From positions 1 through 64,000 of the IMG/VR virus record IMGVR_UViG_3300030419_007499: 64,000 nt of DNA; one strand, written 5' to 3'. Each line of letters opens with the position of its first letter. Position 1 is the stretch's first letter. The translations under genes and the position numbers were made by a program. Shown here piece by piece: positions 58,373 through 64,000 of the stretch. This DNA comes from an uncultured virus (IMG/VR IMGVR_UViG_3300030419_007499). Lineage: Duplodnaviria > Heunggongvirae > Uroviricota > Caudoviricetes. Below the pieces are notes generated by a model. It was not told the origin of the DNA. It saw only the letters and a list, made by a program, of their open reading frames with translations, and made no database searches.

Positions 58373-59137
58373 ATGTTGCCTTTATTCAAAAGCCACTTTT
58401 CTATTGGTAAATCAATATTAACTTTAAATTTACCGTCACAATGTACCGACGGAGGACCAGACAGCATATTTAAAATAGCTAACGACAATAATCTCGACGA
58501 ACTCATTTTAGTAGAAGACTCCTTTAATGGCTTTTTACAAGCAAAGAAAAATGCAGAGGAATTAGAGATTCAGCTAATATTTGGCATAAGATTTGTAATT
58601 GCTGAAGATATCGACGAAAAACTAAGCAAAGATAACAACAACCAACACAAAATTATTATCTTTGCAAAAAACGACGAAGGGATAAAGTCTTTATATAAAA
58701 TATACAACAGGGCCTTTGCGAGAGGATTTGGTCATTTAGATTACAAATCTCTTAAAGAGCTTTGGAACAAAAATCTAAAGTTGGCAGTTCCATTTTATGA
58801 TTCTTTTTTATTTGCAAATTTAATTTCTTTTTCTAACTGCGTTCCAGACTTTACTTTTTGTAAACCAACTTTTTTTATTGAGAGCAATAACTTACCTTTT
58901 GACTTTTTAGTCGAACCAATAGTAAAGAAGTACTGCAAAGAAAATAAGTTTTCAATACAAAAAGTAAAGACAATTTATTATAACAAAAAAAGAGACGCAA
59001 AAGCCTTTCAAACATACAAATGCTTATGCTCTAGAGGTTTTGGTAGGCAAAAAACTTTAGAGGAACCAAACTTAGACCACTTTGGTAGTGATGAGTTTTG
59101 TTTCGAAAGCTGGCAAAAAGAAAATGAAAATAGATAA
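58373..59137 (+). CDS. Stand-alone PHP domain of DNA polymerase III alpha
   Basis: KSHFSIGKS, IQLIFGI, IIIFAKNDEGIKSLYKI match the DnaE PHP pattern. Confidence 0.75.
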   Translation: MLPLFKSHFSIGKSILTLNLPSQCTDGGPDSIFKIANDNNLDELILVEDSFNGFLQAKKNAEELEIQLIFGIRFVIAEDIDEKLSKDNNNQHKIIIFAKNDEGIKSLYKIYNRAFARGFGHLDYKSLKELWNKNLKLAVPFYDSFLFANLISFSNCVPDFTFCKPTFFIESNNLPFDFLVEPIVKKYCKENKFSIQKVKTIYYNKKRDAKAFQTYKCLCSRGFGRQKTLEEPNLDHFGSDEFCFESWQKENENR

Positions 59138-59504
59138 ACCAAAATACGTAGAAAAAGATTGGGGATCAGAAACTTGGTTCGCTAATAATCTAGAACATAA
59201 TTACTGCGGTAAAATTCTAGAAATTAAAAAGGGGCATTCGACGTCAATGCATTTTCACATTAATAAGCACGAAGTTTTTTATATCCTTGAAGGAATACTA
59301 GAAGTAATCTGGATAGATACAGAATCTGCCGAAGAACACATTATATATGTTCCACAAGGCATGTCAATGGAAATGCCTCAAGGTGTACCACATAGCTTAA
59401 TTGCAAGCGAAACAGATGTAAAACTCATAGAAGCAAGCACATTCCACCGTGATGAAGATAGTTACCGCTTGTGGAAAACAAGCAAGCCAATAACCAAAGC
59501 ATGA
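59124..59504 (+). CDS. Cupin (mannose-6-phosphate isomerase-like)
   Basis: VEKDWGSE, SMHFH..KHEVFYILEG, PHSL, IEAST motifs; ATG at 59124. Confidence 0.75.
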   Translation: MKIDKPKYVEKDWGSETWFANNLEHNYCGKILEIKKGHSTSMHFHINKHEVFYILEGILEVIWIDTESAEEHIIYVPQGMSMEMPQGVPHSLIASETDVKLIEASTFHRDEDSYRLWKTSKPITKA

Positions 59505-60142
59505 AAGACGAATTATTAAGATACAACAACAAGCAAAAATATTTAATTTTTGATTTTGAAACTTGCAATTTAAACCTAGTCAACCCAAGTAATCGCCCAT
59601 GGCAGTTATCATTTATCATTGCAACAAAAGATAAAGTTTTGGAAAAGCATGACCACTTCTTAAAATGGAAAGACTTAAAGGTTTCCGAGGGAGCTAAAGC
59701 TGCAACTAGATTTGATTATACAAAATATAAGATTAAGTCAGAAGAGCCATTACCAATACTTAGAAAATTTGATAAAGTGCTTTACGATAAAAAATATAAA
59801 ATTGTTGGGCACAACTTATTAGGCTTTGACATTTATGTGCATAATGCTTTAAGAAAGACATTAGGATTAAAAAGTGATTTTTCGTATTTACACAGACTAA
59901 TAGATACAAACTGTCTTGCCAAAGCATACAGAGAAGATATTAAATTCGATGTAAAGGATTCTTTTTTAAGTTGGCAGTTTAGGTTGGATGGATATATAAA
60001 AAGAGGCTTAAAGACTAATTTAGCAGCAATGCTTAAGGAATTTGATATAAACTTCGATAAAGACAAACTACATGATTCAATGTACGATATTCAAATGAAT
60101 TTAGAAGTGTTTAAAAAGCTTCTTTGGAAGATTGACATTTGA
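59501..60142 (+). CDS. DEDDh 3'-5' exonuclease (DnaQ/epsilon-like)
   Basis: FDFET, GHNLLGFD, IDT, LHDSMYD motifs; ATG at 59501. Confidence 0.85.
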   Translation: MKDELLRYNNKQKYLIFDFETCNLNLVNPSNRPWQLSFIIATKDKVLEKHDHFLKWKDLKVSEGAKAATRFDYTKYKIKSEEPLPILRKFDKVLYDKKYKIVGHNLLGFDIYVHNALRKTLGLKSDFSYLHRLIDTNCLAKAYREDIKFDVKDSFLSWQFRLDGYIKRGLKTNLAAMLKEFDINFDKDKLHDSMYDIQMNLEVFKKLLWKIDI

Positions 60143-60160
60143 GTTTTTTTATGTTACTAT
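60132..60160 (+). promoter_or_regulatory. sigma70 promoter, leaderless, for dnaE
   Basis: TTGACA-17-TACTAT with extended TG, 7 nt before the ATG at 60168. Confidence 0.8.
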
Positions 60161-60167
60161 TATTTTT

Positions 60168-62753
60168 ATGAGCTTCACTAAAGACTTTTCTACATATCAA
60201 GATTGCGCACCACCTGGGGTGAGGTTGCCAAAAATCGAAATTGAGAGTAGGTATTATAACGAGTTAAATCTCTCAGAAGATACTTCTAATTATGATTTTT
60301 TAAGAGCTCTTTGCCTAGATGGAGTAAAGAAAAAAGGGATTGACAAAAAGAAAAATTCAAAAGAATATTACGCCAGAGTTCGAATGGAGCTCAAAATTTT
60401 AAAAGATTTAGGATTTATTGATTACATACTTTTAAATTGGGACATATTACATTTTTGTCAAGAACAAGATATTCCCACTGGACCAGGCCGTGGTAGTGCA
60501 GCGGGTTCTCTTGTGTTATTTTTAATTGGTGTTACACAAGTAGACCCAATTAAATACGATCTTTTCTTTGAGAGATTTGTGAGTAAATCTAGAGCCAGAA
60601 AAATAGAAAAAGACGGAGTTACTTTCCTAGATGGATCACTACTTGCTGATGTAGACAATGATATCGCATACGAAAGACGCGCAGAAGTAATTGACTATAT
60701 AAAAAGAAAACATCCAAATCGAACATGTAAAATTTTAACCCTTAATACGTTAAGTGGCAAATTATGTATAAAAGAATGCGGCAAGATCGTTGGATCTTAC
60801 TCAGAACAAGAAGTTAATGAGGTAAGCGATACTATACCCAAAAAATTTGGAAAAGTTGCACCATTAACTCAAGCTTATAATGAAAGTGAACAATTCAAAG
60901 AATGGGTAGACCAGAACCAAGAGATTTTTGAAGTCGCTAAAAAGTTAGAGGGTTTAAATAAAAACACTGGGGTTCACCCATCTGGTATTGCAATTTCATA
61001 TTATCCATTAGACGAGATTTGCCCATTACAGCAAACTAATGATGGTGAGTTGGTAAGTGGATATGATATGAATTGGGTTGCAGAGCTCATGGTCAAGTTC
61101 GATATTTTAGGTCTCAGAACATTGAGTGTCATTTATGATGTTTGTAAACAATTAAACTTCGACATGAACGAAGTAAACCTAGAAGACAAAAATATATATA
61201 AGAATTTAAGAAATGAATTTAGGCATCCACAAGGCTTGTTCCAGATAGAAGCTTATACAAACTTTAATGTTTGTAAAAAGATTGCCCCTAAAAACTTGGA
61301 GCAGCTTAGTGCTGTAGTCGCAATAGCTAGGCCAGGTGCATTGGAATTTACAGACAGCTATGTTGAATACGCTAAGTCTGGCGATTTTCAAAGCGTGCAT
61401 CCAGTGTTTGATGAAATCTTGGATTATACTGGAGGGATTCCATTATATCAAGAACAGTTAATGAAGATGGCTGTAAAGGTTGGTTTTACACTCGACGAAG
61501 CGGAACAGTTAAGAAGGATTGTCGGTAAAAAGAAAGTCGACCAAATGCCCGCATGGAAAGAAAAGATCTTTGAAAAAGTTGAACAAAACAGATTAACCAA
61601 TGCTTGGACAGGCCATCGTGGAGATGAAGTCGCCGATGTTTTATGGCAAGTTGCAGAAGATAGCGCAAATTATTCATTTAACAAATCCCATTCAATAGCA
61701 TATGCAACTCTAGCAGCATGGACAACTTATTTAAAATTTAAACACCCCAAAGAGTTTTTCTTAAGTCTACTTAAGATGACCCAGTTTGAGCCTGCTCCGC
61801 ATGAGGAGATAGCTAAAATAACCACAGAGCTTCCTTATTTTGGAATTGAGTTACTCCCGCCAGATTTAGGCAGGTCGGATATGGACTTTAAGATAGAAGG
61901 CGACAACATTAGATATGGGCTTAATAGCATAAAAGGAGTTAGCCAGAAGACTTTACAAGCGTTAAAAGATTTTAGAGAATCAGAAACGCCAACAAAGTAC
62001 GATATTTTTATAAGCGCAAAACAAGCGGGAATCAATATTGGAGTTTTATCTGCTTTAATACAAGCTGGAGCGCTAAATGCATATAAAACTAAACGCTCAC
62101 GACTCGTGTTAGAAGCACAATCATTTAATTTACTCACCGATAGAGAAAAGAGAAATTTTGTACAATTGGGAGAAAAATTTAAATATGACGTGTTAAAGAC
62201 GATAGAGGCAGCGACAAAAGGAGAATTACTTGCAGATGACAACAGGAGACTAATGTCTGACAGCAGGTTTGTAACTTTTAAAAAGAAGTATAGCAAGTAT
62301 AAAGAAATTTGGGAAAAGAACAGGCTATATGAAGACTTTGCCAATTGGTTTTTTGAGAAAAAACTTTTAGGCTACTCTTATAGCGTGAAATTAAAAACTG
62401 TTTTCTCAAAAGAAAAGCCTCTCATGAATACCTATGAAGTTCAAGCGTCTGAAAATAATGAAAGAGTATACATGGTAGGAGTAGTAGAGGATTGTTTCAA
62501 GAGACAAAGTAGAAATGGCAATAAATATGCCAAGCTAGAAGTCTCCGACGAATTAGGTTTTATAAACGGTATGTTGCTAGATACAGCTAGACAAACAAAG
62601 CTAACAGAATATCTTAATCAGAATGATAACAAATTACCAAAAAAAGAAAGCGTTGTATATCTTGAAGGACGCAAAGGAGATGACATAATCTTTTTAGATA
62701 AAGTTGTTATATACGATGACAAAATCTACATGAAATTAAGTGATTTAAAATAG
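60168..62753 (+). CDS. dnaE: DNA polymerase III alpha catalytic core lacking PHP domain
   Basis: GPGRGSAAGS, LFFERF, ADVDND, GVHPSG, KFDILGL, YQEQLM, YSFNKSH motifs, C-terminal OB fold. Confidence 0.95.
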   Translation: MSFTKDFSTYQDCAPPGVRLPKIEIESRYYNELNLSEDTSNYDFLRALCLDGVKKKGIDKKKNSKEYYARVRMELKILKDLGFIDYILLNWDILHFCQEQDIPTGPGRGSAAGSLVLFLIGVTQVDPIKYDLFFERFVSKSRARKIEKDGVTFLDGSLLADVDNDIAYERRAEVIDYIKRKHPNRTCKILTLNTLSGKLCIKECGKIVGSYSEQEVNEVSDTIPKKFGKVAPLTQAYNESEQFKEWVDQNQEIFEVAKKLEGLNKNTGVHPSGIAISYYPLDEICPLQQTNDGELVSGYDMNWVAELMVKFDILGLRTLSVIYDVCKQLNFDMNEVNLEDKNIYKNLRNEFRHPQGLFQIEAYTNFNVCKKIAPKNLEQLSAVVAIARPGALEFTDSYVEYAKSGDFQSVHPVFDEILDYTGGIPLYQEQLMKMAVKVGFTLDEAEQLRRIVGKKKVDQMPAWKEKIFEKVEQNRLTNAWTGHRGDEVADVLWQVAEDSANYSFNKSHSIAYATLAAWTTYLKFKHPKEFFLSLLKMTQFEPAPHEEIAKITTELPYFGIELLPPDLGRSDMDFKIEGDNIRYGLNSIKGVSQKTLQALKDFRESETPTKYDIFISAKQAGINIGVLSALIQAGALNAYKTKRSRLVLEAQSFNLLTDREKRNFVQLGEKFKYDVLKTIEAATKGELLADDNRRLMSDSRFVTFKKKYSKYKEIWEKNRLYEDFANWFFEKKLLGYSYSVKLKTVFSKEKPLMNTYEVQASENNERVYMVGVVEDCFKRQSRNGNKYAKLEVSDELGFINGMLLDTARQTKLTEYLNQNDNKLPKKESVVYLEGRKGDDIIFLDKVVIYDDKIYMKLSDLK

Positions 62754-62767
62754 TGTAATTTTTAATA

Positions 62768-64000
62768 ATGGATAAAAATCAAATCAATTTTACGCCAAAA
62801 GCGCAAAAAATAGTGAAAAAAGCCAAAGCCGAAGCTTTTTCACTCAATACCAAGTCTGCTGATTTGGAACATCTTTTTCTTGCGTTTCTTGATTTAGAAA
62901 ATTCTATAATCAACGATATCCTCGAAGACGTCGAACTTAACAAAGATGAATTAAGACAATTAGTCATTAAAGAATTTAAAAAAGACACAATACAGCTAGA
63001 GCCCAACGAAAAGATAACATATAGTGTGAACATTAAAAACGCGCTAACTAACGCTAGAAAGCTTGCATTAAAATTAGGGCATTCATATGTAAGTTGTGAA
63101 CATTTATTTTATAGTTTTTTAAAAATTGAACAGTGCCCCGCAATTGAATTTTTTGAAACACTAGGCATCGACACCAACGAAGTTCTAAATAAACTTGAAA
63201 AATATTTCGACATTGAAGAGTTGGAGCAAGAAGAAACGGAGCCCCCACAGGCAAATGATAAAGCTCCTATTGCATTATCTTCCTTTGCAGTAAACTGTAA
63301 CGCTGTCGCTTACGAGCAAGGCTATGACCCTATGATTGGCAGAGAAAAAGAAGTTGAAGAGCTTGCCGAAATTTTATGCAGAAGAAATAAAAATAATCCA
63401 ATTTTGCTCGGTGAAGCAGGCGTAGGAAAGACCGCTTTGGTTGAAGCTCTAGCTCAAAAAATAGTAGCCCGAGAAGCTCCAGAGTTTCTGCTAAGTAAAC
63501 AAATTTTTTCTTTAGACTTGGGCTCCTTAATAGCTGGTACGAAATATCGCGGACAGTTCGAAGAAAGACTTAAAAAAATTATCGAAGAACTCTCAACAAA
63601 TGAAGAGTTTATTATTTTTATCGACGAGATACATACTTTGATTGGAGCTGGCGGAGCCGAAGGAACTATGGATGCAGCAAATATGCTAAAACCCTTGCTT
63701 GCGAGGGGAAAAGTTAGATGCATAGGAGCGACAACAATTTCTGAATATAGAAAAACAATCGCAAAAGATGGAGGCCTAGACAGAAGGTTTGAAAAACTAC
63801 ATATATCTGAGCCAACAAAAACCCATGCAATAAAAATACTAGAAGGGTTAAAGTCAAAATACCAAGAGTTTCATAACGTTGTTTATAAAGACCATCACTG
63901 TGAACTTGCAGTTAATTTATCTAGTAGGTATATTACTGACAGATATTTGCCAGACAAAGCGTTGGACGTTATTGACCAAGCTGGAGCTAAAACTAAAACA
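62768..64000 (+). CDS. clpC: ClpA/ClpC-family AAA+ chaperone (3'-partial; absent from the ORF track)
   Basis: Manual translation MDKNQINFTPKAQKIV.. with two Clp-N repeats (EHLF), DPMIGRE, RRNKNNPILLGEAGVGKT, GTKYRGQFEERL, FIDEIH, RYLPDKALDVID. Confidence 0.9.
   Translation, partial: MDKNQINFTPKAQKIVKKAKAEAFSLNTKSADLEHLFLAFLDLENSIINDILEDVELNKDELRQLVIKEFKKDTIQLEPNEKITYSVNIKNALTNARKLALKLGHSYVSCEHLFYSFLKIEQCPAIEFFETLGIDTNEVLNKLEKYFDIEELEQEETEPPQANDKAPIALSSFAVNCNAVAYEQGYDPMIGREKEVEELAEILCRRNKNNPILLGEAGVGKTALVEALAQKIVAREAPEFLLSKQIFSLDLGSLIAGTKYRGQFEERLKKIIEELSTNEEFIIFIDEIHTLIGAGGAEGTMDAANMLKPLLARGKVRCIGATTISEYRKTIAKDGGLDRRFEKLHISEPTKTHAIKILEGLKSKYQEFHNVVYKDHHCELAVNLSSRYITDRYLPDKALDVIDQAGAKTKT

Noticed and set aside
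43966..62753. Inteins or introns in nrdA, dnaB, recA or dnaE
   Set aside because: Lengths are ordinary or short, and no C/S...HN splice motifs or homing-endonuclease inserts were recognised
1..64000. Stop-codon reassignment
   Set aside because: Genes are intact in the standard code, and TAA, TAG and TGA all terminate recognisable proteins at the expected ends
24692..64000. Bacterial chromosome (LPS locus plus housekeeping genes)
   Set aside because: The replication genes are divergent and clustered phage-style with a dNMP kinase, fibres and a compact sigma; no ribosomal, transport or export genes are present. Capsid and terminase are not in the window, so the phage call remains an inference
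1..64000. tRNA or rRNA genes
   Set aside because: The intergenic gaps are short and none shows a cloverleaf or T-loop GTTCRA context by eye

Overview
This window is a 64 kb AT-rich, gene-dense segment of what is most plausibly a large tailed bacteriophage genome, with one 10-N scaffold gap at 43113-43122. It has four blocks. (1) 1-19282 (+): virion adhesion genes, namely two giant repeat-built tail-fibre-like proteins, three LamG/ConA-lectin proteins and small accessory genes. (2) 19279-24208 (-): two glycosyltransferases, a secreted protein, Hsp20, SSB, a sigma70-family factor and a dNMP kinase. These diverge from an AT-rich repeat-containing spacer and a small HTH gene, a candidate origin. 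(3) 24692-43885 (+): a 21-gene glycan-biosynthesis island with no visible flippase, polymerase or exporter. It includes many GTs, a His-type (ColD-like) 3-dehydratase, WecB, NeuA/NeuB, formyl-, methyl- and amido-transferases and Ugd. (4) 43966-64000 (+): nucleotide metabolism and a bacterial-type replisome, comprising NrdA, Dut, a tyrosine-less class Ic-type NrdB, ThyX, Gmd, RecA, DnaB, DnaG, a nuclease, a Pol III split into PHP, exonuclease and DnaE genes, and a ClpC-like ATPase. The intergenic DNA suggests three promoter classes: near-consensus sigma70 promoters placed to give leaderless mRNAs, two sigma54 -24/-12 promoters, and a recurrent GTGTAA box that may be read by the phage sigma factor. 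Product calls come from motif recognition only; no database searches were run.
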